Positions 42,548-56,494 of a stretch of DNA of 64,000 nucleotides are shown here, piece by piece; the stretch's first letter is position 1, and each line of letters starts with the position of its first letter. The notes beneath the pieces are model-generated. The model saw nothing but the letters and a program-made list of their open reading frames with translations. It searched no databases and was not told the DNA's origin. Made by a program: the position numbers and the translations under genes. Source of the stretch: Rhodospirillales bacterium (GTDB lineage Bacteria > Pseudomonadota > Alphaproteobacteria > Rhodospirillales > SHVU01). The stretch spans positions 129 to 64,128 of the forward strand of contig SHVU01000010.1 of assembly GCA_009691105.1 (NCBI GenBank). The letters run 5' to 3'.

Positions 42548-43461
42548 CATTTGAGCTTGGCCGGCGGGACGTCGATAGCTTTGATCAGGGCCGCGTGGTC
42601 GAGATCGCCGAACCCGAGCGCAATCAGCTTTTCGTAGAGATCAAGATTGAGCCGCGTTGCCGGCAGATCGACACCGATGTCGCCCGCTAGCGCCAAGGCT
42701 TGCGCCATGTCTTTTCGCTGGGTGGTCGCTTTAGCGCCGGGCTTGAGCTCGCCCGAAATCATGCGCTGGCCGTGAACTTCGAGAATACGGGAATCGGCAA
42801 AGCCACCTTTCAAGGCTTCGCGGACTTTCGCCGGATCGGCTCCGGCGCGTCGAGCGAGGGTCAGTGCCTCGGCAACCGCGCCGATCGACAGTCCTACGAT
42901 CATTTGATTTGCCGCCTTCGCGATCTGGCCGGTGCCGGTCGGACAGACATGGGTGACGCGACTCCCGAGAACGTCGAAGACCGGTCGCGCCCGATCGACC
43001 GCCGCCGCCGAACCACCGGCCATGATCGTGAGCTATGCGGCTTCGGCGCCAATGGTGCCGCCCGACACCGGCGCATCGACATAGTCGCCCCCGGCGTCGA
43101 TGACTATTTTGGCGAAGCGCCGCGTCGCCGCAACGGCGGTCGTGCCCATGTCGATCACCAGACATTGGCGGCGCGCAGTGCCGAGGATTCCGACCGCACC
43201 GAGCAACACCGCTTCGACGGCCGCGGTATCGGCGACCATGACAATGACGATGGAAGCCTCGGCAGCGACGGCTCCTGGGCTCGGCATCGGAATCGCTCCG
43301 GCGGCCTTGAGATCCTCGACCGGACCCGGCGACCGGTTTCACACCAGAAGCCGCACGCCGCTCTTGAGAAGATTCCGGCTCATGGGCCGGCCCATAAGAC
43401 CAAGCCCGATGAAGCCGACGGTCTGACCTCGCAATGAGACGCGCTGATCGATGTCCGCCAT
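42547..43461 (-). pseudogene. Beta-hydroxyacid dehydrogenase (tartronate semialdehyde reductase/HIBADH family) with two in-frame stops
   Basis: Single frame: GFIGLGLMGRPM...LLV*NRS (TGA 43339-43341)...DAPVSGG..GAEAA*LTIMAGG (TAG 43033-43035)...GQIAKAANQ, GGFADSRIL. May be sequence error. Confidence 0.8.
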
Positions 43462-43494
43462 TGATCGCTCCTTCCGGCCGTCGTTGACGGCGCT

Positions 43495-46275
43495 CTAGTC
43501 CACGGTCGCCGGCGCCGCGAGCCGTGGCGTTCGGTGCCCCAAAAATTCCAGAGTTGCAGCGAGAGCGTCTTTCAAACCGAGGCGCTGCACAGTGACGCCG
43601 TCGGGAAAAGCGGAGAACAGGCGGCTCGGCAATTGGCGATCGAGCATGACGAAGACTCCCGCATCGTCGGCGCGCCGAATCAATCGGCCATAGGCTTGCT
43701 TCAGTTTGAGCCGGACCAGGCGTTCTTCGTAGGCACGGCCGCCGAACGCGGCACGGCGCGCTTTGTGAAGAATATCGGGACGCGGCCACGGTACGCGGTC
43801 GAAGACGATCAAGCGTAGCGAACGGCCGGGCACATCGACGCCGTCGCGCACCGCGTCGGTTCCGAGCAGACAGGAGTTTTCCTCGGCACGGAAAATATCG
43901 ATGAGCGTTCCCGCATCCAGCGCGTCGACGTGCTGGGCGTGCAACGCGATACCGGCTTTTTCGAGAGGGCCGGCGATCCGCGCGTGCACGGCGCGGAGCC
44001 GAGTGATCGCTGTGAATAGCCCGAGCCCGCCGCCACCCGCAGCCAAAAACAATTCCCGATAGGCGCTGGCGATCTGATCCACATCGGTCCGGACGACATC
44101 GGTGACGACCAGAACACGGGTCCGCGCCACGTAGTCGAAAGGTGACGCCACGGCAACCCGCACCGGCGGTAGCGGGAGATGCGGCCCACCCGTCCGCGCT
44201 TCGGCGACGGTCCAATCGGTCTCGGGCTCGCCGGTCGAATCGCGAAGCGTTGCCGACGTGACGAGCACGCCATGGGCGGGCTTGGCGACGACTTCGACGA
44301 AGGGCTGGGTTGGGTCCAGCCAGCGGCGATGAAACGCGACATCGGTATCGCGGCCGTCGATGCGCTCGACGGCAAACCAATCGACGAACTCGGGCGGTGT
44401 TTCGTGACGAAGCGAGCCCAGCATCGCGATCCAGGCTTCCAGGCGACCTTGCGCCCGCCGCTCCAATCCGCGGGCGACCGCGTCGAGGCGCAGCCGCGCT
44501 GCAGTGTCGAGCTGTGCCGCATCGTTGACCAGGATCGTCCGGAGATGACGGACCAGATCGCGGGCCGGGCCGATCAAGCGCTGCAATGCGACTTCGAGTT
44601 GTGCCGCTGCATCGAGAAGGCCATCGAGCGGCGGCCGGACGTCCGTTTCCAATCCGTAGCCGGCTTCGGCGCCGACGGCGCGGGCATAGACCTGACGGCT
44701 AACCTGGGCGAGGAACGCTTCGGTCGGGCCGAGCGGTGCTTCGCCGGCGAGACGCTGGTGCCAGCCACGACCTGGCAAAGCGCGCGCCGCCATCAAGACT
44801 TCTTCGAGAGACGCCGCGGGCAAAGGACGATCGCGCACCAAATCCGAGAGACGCGAGGCGAGCCCGCGAGCTCGCGAGCGCCGTCCTTCGGCACCGATCA
44901 ACCAGCGACGCAAGTCTTCGGATTCGATGCCGCTCAGGGTTGCGGCAAAGGCGGCATCGGCGGCATCGAACACATGATGACCTTCGTCGAACACATACCG
45001 CGTCGGCAGAAATGTCCCGGCCGATTCATCGCCGCCGCCCAGCGCCGCCTGAACCATGGCGAGCGCATGATTGCCGACGACGATCTGGGCGCGGCGCGCC
45101 TTTCTCACGTTGCGCTCGATGAAGCACTTGTCGTAGTGCGGACAGGCCGAATAGACGCATTCGCCGCGCGTGTCGGTCAGTTCGAGGGTCGCGCCCCGGC
45201 CGACGAGATCGACTAGCCAGGCCGGGAAATCGCCGCCGACCATGTCGCCGTCGCGGCTGGCCCGCGCCCAGCGCGCCATCAACCCAAGGCCGACCGCGGC
45301 TGTGGCGCCGGGACGCGATAATTGCGCCAAGGCGTCGTCGAAATTGAGCAGGCAGAAATAGTTCTCGCGGCCTTTGCGAACTACGACCTTCGACCGTTTG
45401 TCGTCGGCGTTCGGAAAGACGCGATCGAGTTCCTGATCGAGCTGGCGTTGTAGGTTTCGCGTGTAGGTCGAAACCCAAACCGCGCCTTTGTTGCGCTCGG
45501 CCCAGAGGCTCGCTGGCGCGAGGTAGCCGAGCGTTTTGCCGACGCCGGTACCGGCTTCCGCGACGACAAAGTGCGGCTCGCCAAAGGTCTGGCGCGGCTC
45601 GAAAGCCGCCGCGACTTCGGCCGCATAGTCCGACTGTCCCGGACGGCTCTCGGCGTCGGTGCCGAGCAAGTCAGCAAGCCGGCTTCGCGATTCCTCCGGG
45701 GCGATCGGCAGTGTTCCAGGCGCGGGTTCAGGCCCACGCTCCTCCCAGGCCGGCAAGGATTTCCAGACCTTGAAGGCCTCGATCGGCTGGGCGGCGTCGT
45801 TGCCTTTCCCACCCAGCGCTGCGACGACAGCTCCGCCCCATATCCACCCGCCTTGCGCCATGGCGACCGCGATGGCCCGGGCATGGTCATCAGGAGTGGC
45901 GGCCAACTCGTCCAGAAGCTGCGACGCCGCTTGAAAGAGAAGCATCGCCGACTCGTCGCGATCGCCCGGTACGGGCAGACCGAGGGCCTGGGCCAAGCCG
46001 AGCGGCGTTGGCAGGCAGAACTTGGCCGGCCGGACGAAGGCGAAAAGTTCAAGCAGATCGAGAGTCGGAACGCGCGGCAGATCGAGGCGACGGCACAGCG
46101 AACGGGCGTGGCATACGAAGGGCACGACGCCGCGTTCGAGACGCGCCGCGGCATCCGCCAGGCTCAGCGTCTCGATCTCGCCGGCCGCGGAAATCCACAC
46201 CGCCTGACCAACGCCGGCAACGAGAGCCGGGGCATCGGGGCGGCGAGCCCGGACCACAGTTGGGGGAAGCGCCAT
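43495..46275 (-). CDS. DinG/YoaA family ATP-dependent DNA helicase
   Basis: EAGTGVGKT, RKGRENY.C, DEGHH, TSATL, DGVDVPG, KQAYGRLIR. Confidence 0.92.
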   Translation of the reverse strand: MALPPTVVRARRPDAPALVAGVGQAVWISAAGEIETLSLADAAARLERGVVPFVCHARSLCRRLDLPRVPTLDLLELFAFVRPAKFCLPTPLGLAQALGLPVPGDRDESAMLLFQAASQLLDELAATPDDHARAIAVAMAQGGWIWGGAVVAALGGKGNDAAQPIEAFKVWKSLPAWEERGPEPAPGTLPIAPEESRSRLADLLGTDAESRPGQSDYAAEVAAAFEPRQTFGEPHFVVAEAGTGVGKTLGYLAPASLWAERNKGAVWVSTYTRNLQRQLDQELDRVFPNADDKRSKVVVRKGRENYFCLLNFDDALAQLSRPGATAAVGLGLMARWARASRDGDMVGGDFPAWLVDLVGRGATLELTDTRGECVYSACPHYDKCFIERNVRKARRAQIVVGNHALAMVQAALGGGDESAGTFLPTRYVFDEGHHVFDAADAAFAATLSGIESEDLRRWLIGAEGRRSRARGLASRLSDLVRDRPLPAASLEEVLMAARALPGRGWHQRLAGEAPLGPTEAFLAQVSRQVYARAVGAEAGYGLETDVRPPLDGLLDAAAQLEVALQRLIGPARDLVRHLRTILVNDAAQLDTAARLRLDAVARGLERRAQGRLEAWIAMLGSLRHETPPEFVDWFAVERIDGRDTDVAFHRRWLDPTQPFVEVVAKPAHGVLVTSATLRDSTGEPETDWTVAEARTGGPHLPLPPVRVAVASPFDYVARTRVLVVTDVVRTDVDQIASAYRELFLAAGGGGLGLFTAITRLRAVHARIAGPLEKAGIALHAQHVDALDAGTLIDIFRAEENSCLLGTDAVRDGVDVPGRSLRLIVFDRVPWPRPDILHKARRAAFGGRAYEERLVRLKLKQAYGRLIRRADDAGVFVMLDRQLPSRLFSAFPDGVTVQRLGLKDALAATLEFLGHRTPRLAAPATVD

Positions 46276-46331
46276 CGCGGCAGTATAATCATCCGAAGCG
46301 AAACTGCGGCCAACCGCGACGAGGTATTTGC

Positions 46332-47198
46332 ATGGCGGCCGAGGCCAAACGCCTGGCGGCGAATGCGGCCGGCGACTTCTTCGTCGATTCGACCTGCATC
46401 GACTGCTCGACCTGCCGCTGGGTCGCCCCGGCGAACTTCGACGAGACCGAGGGCGCGTCCCGCGTCTATCGCCAACCGGCAACCGAAGCCGAGCGCCACC
46501 AAGCGCGCATGGCGGTGATCGCCTGCCCGGTCGGCGCCATCGGCACGACAACGAAACATGACCTCCACGCCGCCGAAGCGGCCTTCCCAGACCAGATCGC
46601 CGAGAACGTCTTTCACTGCGGCTATCACGCGCGGTCGAGCTATGGCGCGGCGAGCTACCTGATCGTTCGTCCCGAAGGTAACGTCCTGATCGATTCGCCC
46701 CGCTTCGCCCGACCGCTGATCCGCCGCATCGAGGCCCTGGGCGGCGTCCGCACGATGTTCCTGACCCATTGCGACGACATCGCCGATCATCAGAAGTTCC
46801 GCGACCACTTCGGCCTGACGCGCATCCTCCATACCGCCGACGCCCGCGGCCTCGCCGTCGAGATGCCGATCACGGGCCGCGAGCCCATCCGCCTGGCCGA
46901 GGACATTGCTTTAATTCCCGTGCCTGGACACACCCGAGGATCGGCTTGTCTTTTGTATCGCGATAAATTCCTGTTCACCGGCGACCACCTGTCGTGGCGT
47001 CCCGGCAAAGAACGGCTCGGCGCGTCGCGCGACGTCTGTTGGTACGATTGGGACGAGCAAACCGCCTCGATGGCGGCGCTGGCCGACTATCGCTTCGAAT
47101 GGATACTGCCCGGTCACGGGCATCGTCATCGGCTCGCCGCCGACGCCATGGCCGCCGAAATGAAATCCTTAGTCCAGCGGATGAAGCGCGCCGCTTAA
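46332..47198 (+). CDS. Ferredoxin-MBL-fold metallohydrolase fusion
   Basis: CIDCSTC...CPVGAI; THCDDIADH, PGHT.G, FTGDH, LPGHG. Confidence 0.87.
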   Translation: MAAEAKRLAANAAGDFFVDSTCIDCSTCRWVAPANFDETEGASRVYRQPATEAERHQARMAVIACPVGAIGTTTKHDLHAAEAAFPDQIAENVFHCGYHARSSYGAASYLIVRPEGNVLIDSPRFARPLIRRIEALGGVRTMFLTHCDDIADHQKFRDHFGLTRILHTADARGLAVEMPITGREPIRLAEDIALIPVPGHTRGSACLLYRDKFLFTGDHLSWRPGKERLGASRDVCWYDWDEQTASMAALADYRFEWILPGHGHRHRLAADAMAAEMKSLVQRMKRAA

Positions 47199-47686
47199 GA
47201 GCCGAGCAGAAGTCCCGAGAGCCACCCGGTCAGCGGCGGGATAGGCAGCGAAATCAAAAGCCGCACGACCACGAACCGCATGCCGAGCAACGGCCATTCC
47301 CAGGTCACGACGCGATTGAAGGCGAAGACAGACCAGGCGGTCACGAAGGCGATGACCTGCGGCAATCCCGCCCCGGCCTTGTGAAGAGCCAACGCCACCG
47401 GGAATGAGACGAATGGTCCGCTCGGCGTGAACCCGCCGATCGCCGAGGCAATTAGGATGCCTTTCCAGCCGGCCTCGTCGCCCATCCATCCGGCAACGGC
47501 ATCGTTCGGCACCAGCGTTCCGAGAAACCCGGCCAGGATCAGGCCCAGCGGCAGGCGGATCGCCATCATGGAGACGAGTCCGCCCGAGGCCTTGAAGCCT
47601 TGAGCAATTCGGCCGTCTCCCTGATAGGCGGCGACAGCGACAGCAATTGCCGCGAGCCCACCGAGAACGACGATGGAGGAATCCAT
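47195..47686 (-). CDS. Predicted permease (ArsP/DUF318-like half)
   Basis: W.G.EAG.KG, TPSGPFVSFP, AFVTAWS; paralogue of the neighbouring gene. Confidence 0.75.
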   Translation of the reverse strand: MDSSIVVLGGLAAIAVAVAAYQGDGRIAQGFKASGGLVSMMAIRLPLGLILAGFLGTLVPNDAVAGWMGDEAGWKGILIASAIGGFTPSGPFVSFPVALALHKAGAGLPQVIAFVTAWSVFAFNRVVTWEWPLLGMRFVVVRLLISLPIPPLTGWLSGLLLGS

Positions 47687-47688
47687 GA

Positions 47689-48249
47689 TCAGAGCGCCTG
47701 TTTGCAGCGAGCGAGTATGGCTTGCGTCGCGAAGCCGACGAGCGTCGGGAACACCAGCGACGCGGCAAAGCGCGCCAACGCGAACTTTTCGCCGAACAAC
47801 GGAATCTCCCACGTCACGATGCGATGAATGCCGAGGGTTGCCCAGGCGGTGACATAGGCAATGAGCGCCGGATAACCGGCGCCAGCGGCGCGCAAGCCAA
47901 CCACGATCGGAAACGACAGCATCGGCCCGCCTGGCGTACAGGTGCCGGCGATGGTCGCCAGCGCGTAGCCGCGAAAGCCGGCGCCTTCGCCGAGCCATCG
48001 CGCGATCATGCCCTTCGGCACCATGGCTTGAACGAACCCGCCGAGGATGACGGCCGCCGCCATGCGCGGGATCATATAAAGCAGCAGTTCGAAATCGGCT
48101 TGGAGCGAGGCGACGACAATGTCGATCCCTTTGAGGGCGTACACCGCGACGCCGGCTGCCACCACCATCGCAATCATGAGGTATAGGCTGCGGCGGTCGC
48201 GCGCGGCGGCGGCGGACGGCGGCTTCGGTGACGGCTCAAGCGATTCCAT
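47689..48249 (-). CDS. Predicted permease (ArsP/DUF318-like half)
   Basis: RWLGEGAGFRG, TPGGPMLSFP, AYVTAWA. Confidence 0.75.
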   Translation of the reverse strand: MESLEPSPKPPSAAAARDRRSLYLMIAMVVAAGVAVYALKGIDIVVASLQADFELLLYMIPRMAAAVILGGFVQAMVPKGMIARWLGEGAGFRGYALATIAGTCTPGGPMLSFPIVVGLRAAGAGYPALIAYVTAWATLGIHRIVTWEIPLFGEKFALARFAASLVFPTLVGFATQAILARCKQAL

Positions 48250-48368
48250 AGCGGGCCGCAGTCTGCCACGGCTTCACGCCGAGGCGCGACGCCTCAATGA
48301 GCGGTAACGAAACAAGGCCGGACGGGCCTGGCCGCCGTTCCACTGGTCCTGGAAATCAGGCTAGACTT

Positions 48369-48623
48369 GCCGCCAACAACGGCGCGAACCTGGCCCGCTG
48401 GTGCAACAAGAGCTATGACGAACTGATGTTGAAAGCCAAGGTGGCGACCACCGTCGCCGAGCGCACCAAGCTCTACGAAGACGCCCAGGTCATCGCCAAG
48501 GAAGAGGCACCCTGGATTCCGATCGCACATTCAGTGGTGTTCGCACCGGTGCGTAAGGAAGTCGTCGGCTACAACGTCGACCCCTTCGGCGTGCAGTACT
48601 TCCAGAAGGTGGACCTGAAGTAA
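48369..48623 (+). pseudogene. C-terminal fragment of a DppA-like peptide ABC substrate-binding protein
   Basis: N.ARWCNK.YDEL..KAK....AER.KLYE.AQ.I.KEEAPWIPIAHS....PVRKEV.GY..DPFG; the N-terminal roughly 80% is absent. Confidence 0.85.
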
Positions 48624-48648
48624 CAGGCACCCGTCCGAATCGTTCGAT

Positions 48649-48681
48649 CCGCCCGGGTCCGGTCATGCCGGATCCGGGCGG
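48649..48681 (+). repeat. GC-rich hairpin after the dppA fragment
   Basis: CCGCCCGGGTCCGG-TCATG-CCGGATCCGGGCGG. Confidence 0.55.
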
Positions 48682-48714
48682 CCCTTCCCTCCGCACCCAC
48701 CCCGACAGGACCCG

Positions 48715-49869
48715 ATGAACATCAACGCCAATTTCGATTCCGGCAGCATTGTCGTCATCAATGCCGCCAACCCTGCGAAAATTCGTCTGGCGCTGCGCCC
48801 CGACACCAAGACCAAGCTGCTCCAATGGTTTTATTTCCGCGTTACCGGCGGCCGCGGCGTCGATTGCACGTTCCGGATCGAGAACGCCGCCAAGGCCCAT
48901 TGGGCCGACGCCTGGGACAAATTCCGCGTCGCCGCGTCCTATGACCGCGAAACTTGGTTCCGCGTGCCGACGAAGTACGACGGCAAGGTCTTGAGCTTTC
49001 GTCACAAGCCGGCCCACGATTCGGTCTTCTACGCCTACGCCGTTCCCTATACCCGCGAGCAGGACCTGGCGCTCATCGGCCGCGCTCAGATGTCGACGCG
49101 CGTCCGTCATGAAGTCTTGGGCCAAAGCATCGAAGGCCAGGACATCGATCTTCTGACGATCGGCAAGCCGGGTCGCGACAAGTACGCGATCTGGATCACT
49201 GCCCGCCATCATCCGAGCGAGACCCAAGGCCCCTATGCCGTCGAGGGCCTGGTCCACCGATTGATCGACGAAGGCGACGCGTTGGCCAGCGCCGTGCTCA
49301 AGCGCTGCGTCTTCTACGTCATCCCGAACATCAATCCGGACGGATCCCGCAACGGTAACCATCGCTGCAGCGGCAACGGCACCGATTTGAACCGGGAATG
49401 GTCGGTCACGACGATGAAGAGTAGTCCCGAGGTCTACGTCGTCCGGAAGCGCATCCTTAAAACCGGCCTCGATGTCTTCGTCGATCTTCACGCCGCCGAG
49501 CGCTACACCTTTACCTGGGGCGTCCGGCCGAGCGGCATTCCGTCGTGGAGCCGCCGCCTGGAACGTCTCGCCGACACGTTTGACGCGAGCCTGTCTCAAG
49601 CCAATCCCGACCACGAGCCGGAGCGCAGGCACTGGGGCTATCCGGCCGGCACCGATCCGCTCGCCATGTCCGGGTCCTGGGCGGCCGAGACCTTCAAGAC
49701 CTTCGGGCTCATCATCGAATTTCCGTTCCTCGATGAAGACAACACCGCGTCCGAGGTCAGCTGGCAGGGCGATCGGTCGCGCCGCTATGGGGCCAGCATG
49801 GTCGACGCCGTCCACGGCATGCTCGACGAGCTCGGCACGCCCTGGGCCACCCAGCGGCGCAAGAGCTAG
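48715..49869 (+). CDS. M14 zinc carboxypeptidase, cytosolic (CCP/Nna1-like)
   Basis: INANFDSGSI, QWFYF, FYAY.VPY, HPSE, PNINPDG, DLNREW, DLH, IEFPF. Confidence 0.88.
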   Translation: MNINANFDSGSIVVINAANPAKIRLALRPDTKTKLLQWFYFRVTGGRGVDCTFRIENAAKAHWADAWDKFRVAASYDRETWFRVPTKYDGKVLSFRHKPAHDSVFYAYAVPYTREQDLALIGRAQMSTRVRHEVLGQSIEGQDIDLLTIGKPGRDKYAIWITARHHPSETQGPYAVEGLVHRLIDEGDALASAVLKRCVFYVIPNINPDGSRNGNHRCSGNGTDLNREWSVTTMKSSPEVYVVRKRILKTGLDVFVDLHAAERYTFTWGVRPSGIPSWSRRLERLADTFDASLSQANPDHEPERRHWGYPAGTDPLAMSGSWAAETFKTFGLIIEFPFLDEDNTASEVSWQGDRSRRYGASMVDAVHGMLDELGTPWATQRRKS

Positions 49870-49906
49870 GCCCTCGGTGATGCATCGCGGCGAAGCCTCA
49901 TCCTTC

Positions 49907-50483
49907 GAGACGCTCGCCATCAACACGACGCTGACCGCCACCGAACGTGCCGCGGCGGCGCGCGCCATGATGGCCAAGGTTGGCCTCCGGCCCGAGCACG
50001 TCAGCCGCTATCCGCATATGTTTCCGGCGGGCAGAGCCAACGGATCGCCATCGCCCGCGCCCTGATGCTGCACCCCGCCGTGGTGGTCGCCGATGAGCCG
50101 GTCTCGGCTCTGGACGTGTCGATCCGGGCTAAGGTTCTGAACCTGATGATGGATCTCCGCGACGAGTTCGTGCTGGCGTTCCTCTTTATCTCCCACGATC
50201 TAGGTGTCGTTCGTCACATCGCCGACGACGTTCTCGTGCTCTATTTAGGGCGGACATGCGAACAGGGACCGAAAGAGCGCATCTTCGCCAAGCCTCTCCA
50301 TCCTTACACGCGCGCTCTGTTGGCGGCGACGCCGCGTGCAGACCCGACGCATCGCGGTCAGCGCCAGGTGTTACATGGCGAGCTGCCATCGCCCCTCGAT
50401 CCGCCCAAGGGCTGCGCCTTCCACAGCCGCGGCCCATCGACGGCCGCCTCGTCGCTTGCCACTATGCCGAGACCATCACCTGA
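49907..50483 (+). pseudogene. Degraded DppF-like peptide ABC ATPase
   Basis: LAINT...KVGLRPEH..RYPHMF, frameshift near 50021, then GGQ.QRIAIARALM, DEPVSALD, SHDL, HPYT, GELPSP...GCAFH, internal deletion, VACHY. No Walker A. Confidence 0.85.
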
Positions 50484-50510
50484 GCCCTTTCCGGAAACCG
50501 GCACACCGTC

Positions 50511-51410
50511 ATGACTGAGAAGACGATCCCCATCATTGCGCCGATCAATAACGCCTTCGGCTCGGTGTTCTCGCGCTCGGTGATGCTGTCGGCCTACACG
50601 CTCTATTGCGTCGGCTTCCTGTTCATCGCCCGGGTAGCGATCGTCCTCGCCATCGACGTCTTCCATTGGGAAGGCCGGCCTTGGATCTATTTCGCAAGCC
50701 GCTTGCCGTTGATTCTGGTGCTGACGCCGTTCGCCATCGGCATCCAACGTCATATAGTGCTGGGCACCGAACTTCCCACCAATCCCTTCGACGGATTCTT
50801 CTCCGAAACCAACTTGCGTTTTGCACTGATCGCCGGCCTGCTCGGCGTACCGTTCTATTTCCTGCAGAACGTACCGACCCTGTTTCCCGTGTCCTATGCG
50901 GGTCCCTGGTTCTGGCTGGTCAACCTCGCACCGCTGGTCACGATGCTCACCGCGGTCATCATGGTGCGGCTCTATATCAAGCTGCCGCTGATCGCCATCC
51001 GCGAGGAACTGCCCTTCGTCCTCTGCTGGCAGGCGACGCGGGGCAATCATTGGCAGCTCTTCGCTTCCAACGTCCTGATGGGTGCGATACTGGCCGCCAT
51101 CGGTTGGACCATGACGATGGCCTACGGCAACTTGAAGCCGGGCTTCAGTTGGGGACGTCTGGTCGTCGATGGCGTCGTGACGGCGCTCTGGGCGCTTTAC
51201 GTAGCATTGGCCGTGGCCCTGATTGCTCATTGGCTAGCCTTTTTCATCGAGCAGAAGCGAATCCCGCAACCAGGCGGCAACCCCGCAGGGTCGGAGGACG
51301 ATGAGGCGGAGGCCGACGCGTCTGAGGACGAATACACCGAAACCGCGCCACCACCGCTGCCCAAACCCAAGAAAAAGAAACCGACGCAGTTCATCTGGCC
51401 CCGGCCGTAA
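50511..51410 (+). CDS. Multi-pass membrane protein with acidic/Pro/Lys-rich C-terminal tail
   Basis: About 6-7 hydrophobic segments; W.ATRGN.W motif; tail EDDEAEADASEDEY...PPPLPKPKKKK. Confidence 0.75.
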   Translation: MTEKTIPIIAPINNAFGSVFSRSVMLSAYTLYCVGFLFIARVAIVLAIDVFHWEGRPWIYFASRLPLILVLTPFAIGIQRHIVLGTELPTNPFDGFFSETNLRFALIAGLLGVPFYFLQNVPTLFPVSYAGPWFWLVNLAPLVTMLTAVIMVRLYIKLPLIAIREELPFVLCWQATRGNHWQLFASNVLMGAILAAIGWTMTMAYGNLKPGFSWGRLVVDGVVTALWALYVALAVALIAHWLAFFIEQKRIPQPGGNPAGSEDDEAEADASEDEYTETAPPPLPKPKKKKPTQFIWPRP

Positions 51411-51416
51411 ACCACC

Positions 51417-51866
51417 GTGGCTCGCGCTCCCTTCATGGCCGATCGCCCGGTGGCGTTTTTTGCCGCTGGGTGTACCGTGGCCGCCTGGCAGCGGGGCGCG
51501 ACGCCGGCGCCGGTCGATCTCGCGCCTGTCGGCGCAGCCGACTCGGTTCGGCCGAGCGACGCGCTCTTCGTCGCCGTTACTGGACTTGCCGCCGAAGCGC
51601 GGAGCCGCGAGATCGTCTTTTCACGGTTGGCGAACGAAGCCCCGGACCGCTGGACCATGTTGCAGGCCGCAGCCGGCCGCGCCGAAGCCGATGAGACTCG
51701 CCGGACGCAGCGGATCGACGCGGTCTACGCCGAGGTTCGAGACTTCTTGAACGCACCGAAAGTTTGGGTCGCCGTCAACGCGGTCGCCGGATCGCTCTTG
51801 GCCCGCCGACGCCTTGGCGCCGACGAAGCCCGCGATATCATCGAACGAACCGCGGGCGGCCGGTAA
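51417..51866 (+). CDS. Hypothetical protein resembling a stand-alone, catalytically dead M41 (FtsH-protease-like) domain
   Basis: VAFFAAGCTVAAW (cf. AYHEAGHAVVA), TGLAAE (cf. AGRAAE), W.AV.AVA..LL.RRRL...E..DII. Confidence 0.5.
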   Translation: MARAPFMADRPVAFFAAGCTVAAWQRGATPAPVDLAPVGAADSVRPSDALFVAVTGLAAEARSREIVFSRLANEAPDRWTMLQAAAGRAEADETRRTQRIDAVYAEVRDFLNAPKVWVAVNAVAGSLLARRRLGADEARDIIERTAGGR

Positions 51867-51902
51867 CGCGCCGGCCTCGACCGTTGCGGCAGCTGAGAAG
51901 CC

Positions 51903-55576
<3,674 letters not shown>

Positions 55577-55580
<4 letters not shown>

Positions 55581-56494
55581 GATTGGGCCACCGAAAGGCG
55601 AGGAGATTGTGCTGCCGCCTGGCGTACGCCGAGGATATGGCAAATGGCGTAGCTCAGGTCGGCGCGGTTCAAGGTGTAGAAATGGAAGTGTTCGACGCCA
55701 TGCGCGCTGAGCAGCCGGCATTGTTCGGCAGCCACCGTCGCCGCGACCAGGCGTCGCGTATCTTCATCGTTGTCGAGGCCATCGAACAGCCGCGCCATCC
55801 ACGGCGGCACCGAGGCGCCACAGGTTTTCGCGAACTCGATAACCCGGGCGAAGTTCATGACCGGCAAGATTCCGGGAACGATCGGCACGGTGATGCCGGC
55901 GGCGCGAGCCCGATCGCGGAATCGCAAGAACACATCGACGTCGAAAAAGAACTGGGTGATGGCACGACTCGCTCCGGCATCCACTTTACGCTTCAGATTA
56001 GTGAGATCGGCGGCGGCGCTCGTTGCCTCGGGGTGAACCTCGGGAAAGGCCGCGACGCTGATTTCGAAGTCGCCGACGCGCTTCAACCCCGCCACCAGAT
56101 CGGCGGCGGTCGCATAGCCGTCGGGATGGGCGCGATACCCCTCGGCGCCCTGCGGCGGATCACCGCGCAGAGCGACGATGTGGCGAATACCGGCCTGGTG
56201 ATAGCGCCGCGCCACCGCGTCGACCTCGTCACGACTAGCCCCGACACAGGTCAAATGCGCCGCTACTTCACGGCCCGTGTCCTGGTGAATGCGCAACACC
56301 GTGGCGTGAGTGCGTTCCCGGGTCGTACCACCCGCCCCGTAGGTCACGGAAAAGAAGCGGGGCTCGAGCGGCGCCAGACGTTGCACGCAGCTCCACAACG
56401 ACTGCTCCATCTTCTCGGTCTTGGGCGGGAAGAATTCGAAGGAGACTTGCACCGGCTTGCCCCCGGCGACGGGAAGTCCGACGGGATCAGCCAT
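55577..56494 (-). CDS. metF: Methylenetetrahydrofolate reductase
   Basis: [33 protein letters not shown]. Confidence 0.97.
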
